Below are positions 39,701-50,800 of a DNA stretch of 64,000 nucleotides, in pieces. A program made the position numbers and the translations under genes. The stretch comes from Bugula neritina (taxonomy: Eukaryota; Animalia; Bryozoa), in assembly GCA_964035545.1 (NCBI GenBank), contig OZ037766.1, forward strand, positions 9,352,722 to 9,416,721, in the 5' to 3' direction. The first letter of the stretch is position 1; the number at the start of each line of letters is the position of its first letter. A model generated the notes under the pieces. It was not told where the DNA came from. It saw only the letters and a program-made list of their open reading frames with translations, and made no database searches.

Positions 39701-40834
39701 GTATAAGAAGTCGCCTCCCCTGGGACGGATCAGAGCAAACACTGGGATAGATACTTTGGTTTTCACAGTTAAGGCCAGCCCTAAAGTATTTTAATACTAC
39801 ATTCATCATTTTATACATTATATATAATATATATTACATATATATAATATATATTACATATAGATAATATATATTACATATATATAATATATATTACATA
39901 TATATAATATATATTACATATATATAATATATATTACATATATATAATATATATTACATATATATAATATATATTACATATATATAATATATATTACATA
40001 TATATAATATATATTACATATAATATTACTGTGAAGGGAGTGTTTAATGCCGACTTCTATACTCACGAATCCATTCATTTTCCAATCAATCATAATAATA
40101 GAATGACAAAACTATCAGAGTCCAAAAAGGAGTTTTTTAAAACATCTGCTTTAATGACAACAGCAACTGAGTTTACCTAAGCTTGGAGTTGTTCCCCCTT
40201 CTAACAAATTGGCACACAGCTCCAGTCTGGTGGCACCTACAAGCAGCACCACTACATTGAAAAGTTATGAAAGTTATCTAACTTGTGTAACTTGAGAACA
40301 GCGCAAGTAGGTTTTCTACAGAAATACATTAATAAATATTTATCACCAACGAAAGAATGACAATGTTTTGAAATCAATATAATTTTAAATGAATTAAATT
40401 ATTTGCTTCATGAAATGAAATATGAAGGTGCCTAAAATTATCTTGGATGTGTAAAAAGTAAATTTCAATAACATAATTTATAACATGAGAAAAATAAAAC
40501 TTGCATTATAAAAAGCATTTTGCAAATAATATAATTGATCGTGCCAAAGCATAAATTTTATTCAAGTACATAAGCACTTATGAATTCTCTCGGTTACATC
40601 AAACACAACTGACCTAAACAGTATTGGAAACATTGCAAGGAATAAATGCACACCAACAATGGCTCATTATAGCAGGCGTCATCAAAAATATTATATAATT
40701 TCAATATCATGCATAACAAAGCACATAGGTATGCTTGCGACTGGAAGAGTTATAGACAGGAAGATGTGGTGTTACAACTCACCTCCACGTTCAGCAGCTA
40801 CAGCTGATGTTATAGAATCCACACAAACTTCCAT
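36710..40834 (-). CDS. CUTC: Copper homeostasis protein CutC (conserved part, 9 coding exons)
   Basis: [97 protein letters not shown]. Stop at 36710-36712. The N-terminus may extend upstream (see findings). Confidence 0.95.
39821..40020. repeat. 20-bp minisatellite, 10 copies (TATATAATATATATTACATA), in a CUTC intron
   Basis: Near-perfect tandem copies; one copy carries a T>G variant. Confidence 0.95.
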
Positions 40835-40980
40835 GTCGTGACCTGCACAATCGAGGATTAGTTGCATAGAATAGGTGCAGATCTCTTTGTGACTTGTACC
40901 CAATATGCTGGAAAAATAATATAAATATTTAATTTTCTAACGATTCCTGCAACTAAGGAAATATTTTTATATATAATAAC

Positions 40981-42321
40981 TCACGCCTTTGTTGTCTCAT
41001 AAATTTTCATAAACACTGTTTGAGATGGCCCTCTTTGAGATAAACCTGGTTCACATGGTCGTGGTTCAGATGGACCTGTTTCAGATGGCCCTGTTTCAGA
41101 TGGACCTGCGGGAGATGGACCTGCGTGAGACGGCCCTGTTTGAGATGGACCTGTTTCAAATGACCCTGCTTCAGATGACCCTGCTTCAGATGATGCTATT
41201 CCAGATGATCCTGTTTCAGATGGCCCTGATTCAGAAGAAGGTATTTCTGATGGCCCTGTTTCAGATGAAGCAATTTCAGATGATCCTGTTTCAGATGGCC
41301 CTGATTCAGAAGAAGGTATTTCTGATGGCCCTGTTTCAGATGAAGCCATTTCAGACGATGCTGTTTCAGATGGCCCTGATTCAGAAGAAGGTATTTCCGA
41401 TGGCCCCGTTTCTGAGGATGCTGTTTCAGGCGGCCCTGTTTCAGAAGGGGGTATTTCATAGGACCCTTCTTCAGATGAAGCAATTTCAGATGATGCTGTT
41501 TCCGATGATGCTGGTTCAGATGGTGTTGGTTCAGATGGTCCGGGTTCGGCTGGTTCTAGTTCGGATGGTCCGGGTTCGGCTGGGACTGGCTCTAATGGCC
41601 TGGTTTCGGATGGGGCTGTTTCTGACTCGGATGGGGCTGGCTCTGACTCGGATGGGGCTGGTTCTGACTCGGATGGGGCTGGTTCTGACTCGGGTGAGGC
41701 TGGTTCTGACTCGGATGGGGCTGGTTCTGACTCGGATGGGGCTGGTTCTGACTCGGATGGGGCTGGTTCTGACTCGGATGGAGCTGGTTCTGACTCAGAT
41801 AGGGCTGGTTTTGACTCGGATAGAGCTGGTTCTGACTCGGATGAACCTGGTTCTGACTCAGATGGGGCTGGTTCTGACTCGGATGGGGCTGGTTTTGACT
41901 CGGATGGGGCTGGTTTTGACTCGGATGGAGCTGATTCTGACTCAGACAGCGCTGGTTCAGACGGTGCTGGCTCAGAGGGTTCTGGCTGAGATGATGCCGG
42001 CTCAGATGGTTCTGGTTCAGATGGTTCTGGTTCAGAGGGTGCTGGCTCGGATGGGGCTGGTTCGGATAGCCCTGGTTCGGATGAGGCTGGTTCGGATGGC
42101 CCTGATTCAGATGGGGCTGGTTCGGATGGCCCTGATTCAGATGGGGCTGGTTCGGATGGCCCTGATTCAGATGGGGCTGGTTCGGATGGCCCTGATTCAG
42201 ATGGGGCCAGATCGAGTGACCCTGGTTCAGATGGGGCTGGTTCAGCTGGTGCTGGTTCAGATGAGGCTGATTCAGATGGTGCTGGCTCAGATAATGGCGG
42301 TTCCACTGTTTCCAAATTCAT
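40981..42321 (-). CDS. 446-codon low-complexity repeat ORF (SEPAP, SEPAPSE, SETGP units); probably an exon upstream of CUTC
   Basis: Uninterrupted ORF built from 15-, 21- and 60-nt units. Much unit variation is synonymous in this frame (TCT/TCC/TCA, GAA/GAG). It ends on a consensus donor, AAGGC|GTGAGT, at 40984. Confidence 0.6.
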   Translation of the reverse strand: MNLETVEPPLSEPAPSESASSEPAPAEPAPSEPGSLDLAPSESGPSEPAPSESGPSEPAPSESGPSEPAPSESGPSEPASSEPGLSEPAPSEPAPSEPEPSEPEPSEPASSQPEPSEPAPSEPALSESESAPSESKPAPSESKPAPSESEPAPSESEPGSSESEPALSESKPALSESEPAPSESEPAPSESEPAPSESEPAPSESEPASPESEPAPSESEPAPSESEPAPSESETAPSETRPLEPVPAEPGPSELEPAEPGPSEPTPSEPASSETASSEIASSEEGSYEIPPSETGPPETASSETGPSEIPSSESGPSETASSEMASSETGPSEIPSSESGPSETGSSEIASSETGPSEIPSSESGPSETGSSGIASSEAGSSEAGSFETGPSQTGPSHAGPSPAGPSETGPSETGPSEPRPCEPGLSQRGPSQTVFMKIYETTKA

Positions 42322-42502
42322 AATGCAACGAGAAATTAGATTAATTCTTTTAGACTAAGTAGTTGTAAGAATACACACAAGGATACGGTTTGAATGGTTG
42401 ACTGAGAACAATTATAAATTTATAAACACCCAATATTTATTTCAATGGCTATTGCAAAAAATTCAGTCAAAAGTTGATAAACTAGACCAGTCCACAGCCT
42501 AG

Positions 42503-44434
42503 CTAAGCAGTTGAGCTCTTTATTAGGGCATTGCCTTGTAAACTGTATATATGTTTCAGAGCTTCCTGGCTATCATTTAGAGTTTTAGCTGGCCTAAATA
42601 CCAAACTGTTTACAAGCTGTGAATAAGCTTGGATAGCTTTTGTACTCTTAGCTATATCATAGTCTCTGTAACTCTTAGTGAAAAGATTTGTTAAGACCTT
42701 ATCAAAGCCCTTTTTAGCCTCAGTGAGCATTTTATCAACAGCAACTCTGTCAAATAATGCACCACAATTATCACAATTTCCAGAGTATGGAGGTATTATC
42801 ATTGAGCCACAGTCAGTGCATTTGTATAAAGGTGTATCAGAAAATGAAAGTTTGTTATACAGGTTCCAATTCTGCATGCAGGATGCACAGCAACAGTGAA
42901 AGTAATATTGAGAGCTAAGCTTTTCCCTTCTCTCTTCCAGAGAATGAGTGGCATGCAGATAACCATAATTATCATATATCTGTTCCTGCTTCTTGATGGG
43001 TGATATTGCTTTCATCACACATGTATTACCTTCATGGAAGATGCGGACTACAGATGGATCACACGAATGGTTAAATAGACTCAGTGTACTATAGATACCA
43101 GCACCAACTTCAACCAGAGCACTCTGACTGGGTTGACTCTCATCATATATAACTTGAGATATCTCGTGAGCATTGCAAGGAAATATCTGCATATGGCGCA
43201 GAGTAAATGCTGCCAGAGTGACCAGCCCATCTTCAGAAGAACCAGACCACTCTGTGACATCACACAGCTGAGCTAACATTACGGCAGCAGCTGTTCTCCA
43301 TAACAAATCTTTACATGAGCGATCTTTATCATGACCTTCTAAAATGTATATATTTTCATAATATTTAAGAACATCAGGCTGGTTCAGATTTCCCTTCAAA
43401 ACATCAGAAAGTGCGCCATGTCCAACTTTAAGAGCTGTCCTCAATGCAAGGTGGCCCATATTTATGTCTACAAACTTCAAGCTCAGGGAGTACTTGCATT
43501 CAAACCGATGCCATTGTTGCCATGAAACTTCCTCACAGACTTGACTGCAAAAGATCACATCAGCACAGGACCTGCAGGGGTACAGTCTATCAGTTCTAGT
43601 TTGACAACTACTGCAGTGAGTAAAATAACTCTCTGGTAAGGTTACAGAGCAATATGGAGTTTCAGTAAGCACTACATCACCCACATTAATATTGCTTTGA
43701 GCTCTTATGTACCGCCCATACTCATTGCTCTCACACACCTCAGCAGAGCTGCTTAGTGCAGGGTATTGTTGATTTAATGGCCCAATACTGGGGAAACAAC
43801 TACTAATAGCTTGCTGTCTGTCCACAGCTTGACTTTTTATGGAGAGTTTTGAAATATCTTCCTGTATGATACTTCTTCGTTTCTCATCTAGACCAGATAA
43901 CTCCAAAGAGTGCAAAGCAGCTTCAACACAGGATGACAATAAGTTGGTATCAGAACAATATTGCAGGCATTTGGCTTTTCTAACTAACAACTTATATTGC
44001 ATATCCAGTGGGTAGCCATGATTAATTGATAAGTCTATGTCCATCAAACAATCTTCATGTCTGTTCATGCTGTAGAATACTGCACTGCGGTTAGCAAAGC
44101 ACACAGCTAGCAGCCCTTCATTATCTGATACAGGAGTCAAGCGTATTGCCTCATTATAACTGCTAAGTGCCTGTGCTAGATTTTTCTTCTGAAAGTAATG
44201 ATTGCCATCAGTCTTCAATTTTAAAGCCTTAGCATAGCTCTTTTCAGTACTCAAAGGTGAACTTTTAAGAATTTCTTGTACTTCACTGAGTTGCAACATA
44301 TATTTTACTCGTGCCACATCATTAGTTAACTTAGAAAATTCACTTAAACATTTTTTAGTTAAATTTTGCTGACATAAATGTTGGGATAATTTCTTGTAGG
44401 CCAATTGAAAAGCTCTCTCATCAGTGCTACTCAT
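42503..44434 (-). CDS. SMYD4: SET and MYND domain protein (SMYD4-like), single coding exon
   Basis: TPR region (KTDGNHYF..ANRSAVF), split SET domain (GRYIRA..GDVVLTETPY; SLFNHSCDPS; IYDNYG), MYND finger (CSSC..CRSC..FCSQVC..WHRFEC) and post-SET YYFHCCCASC. An in-frame TAG lies upstream of the ATG, and an acceptor TTACAG lies near 44482. Confidence 0.9.
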   Translation of the reverse strand: MSSTDERAFQLAYKKLSQHLCQQNLTKKCLSEFSKLTNDVARVKYMLQLSEVQEILKSSPLSTEKSYAKALKLKTDGNHYFQKKNLAQALSSYNEAIRLTPVSDNEGLLAVCFANRSAVFYSMNRHEDCLMDIDLSINHGYPLDMQYKLLVRKAKCLQYCSDTNLLSSCVEAALHSLELSGLDEKRRSIIQEDISKLSIKSQAVDRQQAISSCFPSIGPLNQQYPALSSSAEVCESNEYGRYIRAQSNINVGDVVLTETPYCSVTLPESYFTHCSSCQTRTDRLYPCRSCADVIFCSQVCEEVSWQQWHRFECKYSLSLKFVDINMGHLALRTALKVGHGALSDVLKGNLNQPDVLKYYENIYILEGHDKDRSCKDLLWRTAAAVMLAQLCDVTEWSGSSEDGLVTLAAFTLRHMQIFPCNAHEISQVIYDESQPSQSALVEVGAGIYSTLSLFNHSCDPSVVRIFHEGNTCVMKAISPIKKQEQIYDNYGYLHATHSLEERREKLSSQYYFHCCCASCMQNWNLYNKLSFSDTPLYKCTDCGSMIIPPYSGNCDNCGALFDRVAVDKMLTEAKKGFDKVLTNLFTKSYRDYDIAKSTKAIQAYSQLVNSLVFRPAKTLNDSQEALKHIYSLQGNALIKSSTA

Positions 44435-46079
44435 GGCTGTGCTGTGCTTGATCTACCCGGCTTCCCATCTACCCACCACGTCTGTAACAAATTAAAATAG
44501 TAGCTTTAAATTTTTATTTCAATCCCAATTAAATTGAGCTAAAAATGTACTTTATTTAAATAAATGGGATGGGCTATTGAGCACAGCACAGCGATGATCA
44601 AGCAAATCAATGCAATTCAATTTCAGGTACAGAAGAACATTTTTAAGCATTTTGAAACCAATGAATCAATATAAACACAGCAAATGCTACAGTGAGACAG
44701 CAGAAACTAACGCTACTGCCCATTAACATATTCAATCTTGGCCCAATACCTCACAACAGAATGTTAAACTATCTTATGGGTGGAGGGGGGGGGGGTGTTG
44801 GGTATATCTATATCCAGATGAGAATAGCTATTCTATACTCTATAGTCTATAGAGATACAATAACAGTATTATAGTTTAGAAGTGAAAAGTTTTCAGAGCT
44901 TAAACCACACACATTGCAGCCCCTCTACTAGATACAACCACACTGTGAACAATTTCCTAGAAGCATAAGTATGTAAAAGCACCTTATGATGAAAATTTTT
45001 TATGAAGGAGACTCATATGCACTGTACTTCTATAAATATAAGCTAAGCTGAAGTATGTAGTCACAAAATGCTTCAACAATGACAGTGTATGGATATAACA
45101 CAAACATATCTTTTTAATACAAGCATACATCTCTATCATACAAATATATATATTTATAAGATTATAGATCTTTCAGTTTTACACAAGAAAAGTAAAACTA
45201 AAAGAATCTTCATCAATACTTCAAGTAAAAAAGTTTCAGATTGGTCTTTCTAGCAGTGCTTTAACTTGAGTTGTTTTCAATATTATAAATGTCAGGACAT
45301 TTTGAAAACTGATAACTGCTGGTCAAAGAATTCCGCTTAATACTCAAATTTCAACTCAATATGAAAAGATAGTGGTGTCTAAATGTTGCACATTTTCACT
45401 TCAATTTTTTATTTATATACAAATTATGAAACTACAGATTGAAGAAAATTTTTAGGGCTGCTACTTACATCAACTTTAGATTTCACACCAGTTTTTATTC
45501 ACAGTCAGTGCAGGAATTCACAGTTCATACTTCTGCTTCTTTGCCATCACTGTAAATTACATTGAACTAAATTAGTAGGCACTAAATTCTGGCACAGCTA
45601 TTGTTTGTCCACAATCTAAATTTTAAAGAAAAGCTTCTTTATTTGTAGAGTTCAAACTTTATAGAAAAGTGAGGACTTTCACTTTCTTTTTGTATAGTTA
45701 TTAAAATTGATTTGTTCAGTAATTATAAACATCACTCAGATATGGATAGGGGCATCTAAATTTCAACAGAACTTATTCCAAGAACTTCAGAAATCTGTGG
45801 TGATGCAATTAGTAGCCAAAAGTAGGGCCATTAAAAATTTATGGTTAATGACATTTAAGATTAAAGGGTAAACTAGAAGTAAAAGTGATTATGTAAATCA
45901 AATTTATGAAAGCTTCCTTTTTTATTTGATTATCAGTAGATATTATAGCAGAATATTGGCTGACATAACCATTGTCCATTGAATAACTTGCAAATTACTT
46001 TCAACAGCCAATGATCACATAAATTTTTAAAGTAAAAGTAGAAAAATTCAATTTGAAAGGTCATGTAGTAGTACTAGTC

Positions 46080-47809
46080 CAAGTGTTGAGGTTGAAAATA
46101 AATAAGATGAACTGTCAACTAATACTCATACTGAGTCAGAGTTATGACTTATAAGTTGATGCATAAATTAGTTAATAGTTAATTTAATTCAAAGCATACA
46201 AAATACTAGTAGTAATTATTAAGTACTTTTAGTGCTAGTAGCACTAAAAGCACTTAGGAACAAAAACACTAACAGTAACACTGCAAGTGTAACCGGAAGT
46301 GTAATTACTTTACTAATAGTAATATCAAAAGTATTATTATTACTATTAGCAATAGCCAATACTAAAAGTAATTGCATTCACTCTGATCTCTGTGAAATAG
46401 TTTACAAATCCAAAACTTAGTCTTAAACTTGTTGTCTGATTTATCAATATAACATGAACAATACTAACAGTATCACTTGTCACTATCAGTATGAGTATCA
46501 CTATGTTCTCAGTTATAAGTCATAGGGCATAAGCATACTGATACTAATACTAATAGTAATACTAATGCTAATAGTTACAGTAACTATTAGTATTACAATC
46601 AGACTCAGTTACAGTATCACTATTATCATCAGTATGACTATCACTATCACTATGAGTATGAGTATGACATTGACTTGTCACTTGAAACAAAATTAAAAAT
46701 CGAGTGACCGTGACTGGTAGAAGTTCAAATTCAACAAACTCTAAGCAGTAAGCTCTCGTGACTGATACTCATAGTCATAGTCATACTGATAGTGATACTT
46801 ATACTTATAGTGATGGTAACTGTAAATGTAAGCATGAAACTGAAAGTGATGAACATTCGAGCTGAATGAAACAATAATCCGTAATCACAATGAATATGAC
46901 AATCATAACTTTAATGATAATCACAATGATAATAAAATTAAACTTAAAGTAAAAGACTATTACTATTAGTATTAGTATTACTATTAGTATTAGTAATAGT
47001 ATTACTATTGGGATTAGTATTACTATTAGTATTAGTATTACTATTACAGTGTGAGTATTACTATTAGTATTACTATTAGTATTAGTAATACTAATAGACT
47101 AATACTAATAGTAATAGCAATACTAACTCTAAGTCTAATAGTATTTTAGTAATTATAATAGGAAGAGAATACCGGTATTATACTCATACTGTAGTACTAA
47201 TACTAATAGTAATAGAGTAATACTAATACTAATAGTAATAGTAATAGTAATCTAATAGTAAGACAAATAGACAAACTCAAATTTTAAAATACATTTTATT
47301 CATCAGCTGACGGTGACTCTTCTTGATTACCATTAATATTATCATAATGATAATGATAATTATTGACATTATGATTATGATTATCATTATCATTATGATT
47401 ATCATTATCATTATAACTCATAATGATAAATTAATTTAAATTATATTTAATTTGATTGGTTGAATAGATATGCTATTTTCACTTGAGGGTAGTTGCCGTA
47501 TATTCAATTTTCACGTTGAAATAAAACTTAAAATTCATAATATTTATAATTACCTATATAATTAGATACTAATGCTAATACTAATACTAATACTAATAGT
47601 AATATTAATAATGTCTCGTGCCGATTGCAATAAAGAGGATGGATAATTATAAAGAGTTGTCTTTTCTTTTAGAAATAATGTTATAAAATTAATACTCTAT
47701 TTCAGGGCTTCTATCACGTAGATAAGTAACAGAGTTATCTTCTCTTCGTACAGCATACAGCGTGTTATAAACTCGGCGCAGTTTCCGCTTCCACATATAA
47801 AAAGTCAGC
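46080..47809. promoter_or_regulatory. Divergent promoter interval (SMYD4-CUTC unit / EIF3B) with periodic tracts
   Basis: Head-to-head genes and hexamer tracts. An ETS-type ACCGGAAGT lies near 46292, and pyrimidine-rich TTCTCTTC and TTTCCGCTTCC lie just upstream of the EIF3B ATG. Confidence 0.65.
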
Positions 47810-50800
47810 ATGGCGGTAAGTGATGTGGGGAGAAAAAGTCATAAAAAATCTGAAAGTGAATCCATTGAAGCTGCTATGTCCGACATTGATGAAAACTTCA
47901 GTGATCCCGAAGACTACGTTGACAATATTACAGATGAAGGTAAATATAATATGACACCAATAGTAAAACAGTAACGCAATCATTGATAATGATTTTGAAT
48001 GAGTTGACGTTCAGTCGTCCACGGTTGTGCATGTAGTTCAAATTGAACTTAACGTTGAAGTGGTGATCATTGTGAATTTCAATTTGATTTTTAGCTGAAT
48101 TAACATGTCTACCGTAAATCACTTGGAACCATACTTTTTGAGCTAAATGTAAAATAGCCATAAGTATAACATTAACTATAAGCGGTAAACCTTGATTTCA
48201 TTTTCATTCAATTTGAATTTCATACTCATAGTTTGATATTTTTCAAAATTTTAACAAGCTATTGTATTAAAAAGTTGGAATATATGTAATTTTCTCTTTT
48301 AGAGTTAGTACCTGATATATTGAAACAACAGCCTAAGCCAAGTGATTCATTTGAATCGGTGATAGTTTGTGATAATATACCAACAGTTGGAAGTGAAAAG
48401 TTAGAAAAGCTGCAAAATGTGTTGAAAAGGATATTTTGTAAGTTCGGAACAATAGTTACCGAGCATATTCCAACGGAAAATGGACAAACTAAAGGGTATG
48501 GTGTTTGTATTAATAAGTAGTCCATGAGATATTAGGTTGCATTATTATAAACTACATTATAAACTTTGAATAGCTTCATTAAATTTTCTTACCACTTTCT
48601 AAAATGATTCCTGGATATAAGTTACCTAATCAACTGATTTTGGTTATAGGTACATGTTTCTGGAATACTCTTCTCTAAATGAAGCCAAAGAAGCGGTTCG
48701 AGCTGCTAATGGACATCGGCTAGATAAAAACCATGTTTTTGCAGTCAATCTTTTCTCTGACTTTGAAAAGTACCTAAATGTGCCTGATGAATGGACACCT
48801 CCAGAGCCTGCCCCTTATAAAGATCCGGTTTGTTTTTTTTCCAATTGAAATTTTAGTTCTTTTCCTGTATATTTTTATTTTGCTTCAACTTCCACTTGCT
48901 GCTGAATGTTGGTTATAAATTCATGTGGTTGACGAATTAAAATATAGCCCAAAAGACACTGTCTCTTGAAATGTAAATGTATGCAATTGTCTCACTCTAA
49001 AACCTAAATTGTCAAAGAAACAGCAATTGGAAAGTCCATTTAGCTGTCGGCTGTTGTTAAACCTACTGTGTTTCTATAGTATAATTGTCACTTGTCTATA
49101 GTGTTTTAGGACTTTATCTTTTTAGGGAAATCTCCAATATTGGCTTCTTAACAAGGAATGTTTGGACCAATTCAGTGTTATATATGAACGAGGAGAGAAA
49201 ACCAGCATTATGCTCAACAAAGCACCTGAGTTTTCATGTGTCGAAGAACGCAAGGTTAGTATATCTATAATGCAGTGTTTTTAGCTTTCATGTTTATCAG
49301 ATATAGTGTGGCCTATATATCCAAACTCTCAAAATGGCCAACATTTTTTGTATCATATGTACATGATTTGGTGACCTTAAAAAATTGGCGAAATTTCTTA
49401 GTTTTTTTATTCTTCAACTCCTCAATAACTAAATACATGTAAAAATAGCTCATACTTGAGCATTTCACTTTCTTCTAATCTTGACATGTTGCTTACTGTG
49501 CATATGAACTGTTGTGAACCACTGCTTTGCAATGTTAACTGATGACTCAAAATTATTGCTTATTGGTATTTTTAATGCTGTTACATGTAATATTTCAGCA
49601 TTGGACTGAGACATATGTCAAATGGTCCCCCCTTGGCTCTTACCTCCTCACCTGCCACCAGAAAGGAGTAGCTTTATGGGGCGGTGAGCACTTTAGGCAG
49701 ATACAGAGGTTTAGCCACATTGGTGTGCATTTTGTTGATTTCTCACCGTGCGAGAGATACTTGGTGACATTTAGCCCCGTAATATCACGCAGTGATACTG
49801 GTGTAGCGGAGAGTGTCATTGTTTGGGATGTGCAGACTGGTGCTAAGAAGAGAGGCTTTGCAGTTGACGGCCCGTCACTTAATTGGCCTGCATTAAAGTA
49901 AGTAGGCTACAGCTTGCAGTTAGATGTTTATAGTTCTTGGCGAGTGCAGAGTTGATGTCTTACTTTGTGCAATACGTTACGAAATATAAGATAATTTTCG
50001 TATATCTATCCCTATGCCTTTAACTCTCACACTCTTGTACCTTCCAGGTGGAGCAGTGATGGAAATTATTTTGCCCGGCTTCAGTCAGATGCAATTAGTG
50101 TTTACGAGCTTCCCGTGAGTATCCAGATGTACATCATTTGAAATTCTAATATAAAATGTACCATAAGAAAATGCAGGCAAATTAGGTAGAGTAATGCCTA
50201 ATTACTAATTTGATGAAGTGGCAAGCCTTAGGCAATCGTCAATCTTTCTTTTTAATATAAATTTCTGTTCTCCAAAGGTTTGGAGCTTCTGAAAATCCAA
50301 CAATACGATAACTTATTGGTGGCAGTCACAAATCTAACTAATTTGCTACTTTATACTGTTTTAGTCCTGTGGGCTGTTGGACAAGAAGAGTCTGAAAGTC
50401 CCAGGTGTGCGAGACTTTGAATGGTCACCTGACCAGAATATCATATCTTATTGGGTGCCAGAAGTTGATGCTTGCCCTGCTAGAGTCAGCCTTATTGAAA
50501 TTCCTAGCCGTAATGAGCTACGTATTCGTAATTTGTTCAATGTAGCTGATTGTAAGCTTCACTGGCAAAAGAGTGGCAACCATCTCTGTGTTAAAGTTGA
50601 CCGGTATGGTAAGAAGAAACTTGAGAACAATGAAGTCAAGTACAGTGTAAGCATTACTTAATGCTGATTATGTTTTATAGTTTCAAAGGCTGTTATTATT
50701 TGATAGTATCAACTTTTTATATTAAATCTATTTTGCCAACTCCATTGCTTTAGTATTTGTTAACCTGTTTACAACTACTAAAGGAATCTAATGTTTCAGG

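Noticed and set aside
41025-42323. 432-aa plus-strand ORF (MGLVLTR repeats)
   Set aside because: Antisense shadow of the minus-strand repeat. Synonymous variation, the splice donor and the neighbouring genes all favour the minus frame.
47810-47821. Consensus donor GCG|GTAAGT right after the EIF3B start codon
   Set aside because: Using it with the next exon would cause a frameshift and would remove the conserved FSDPEDYVD segment.
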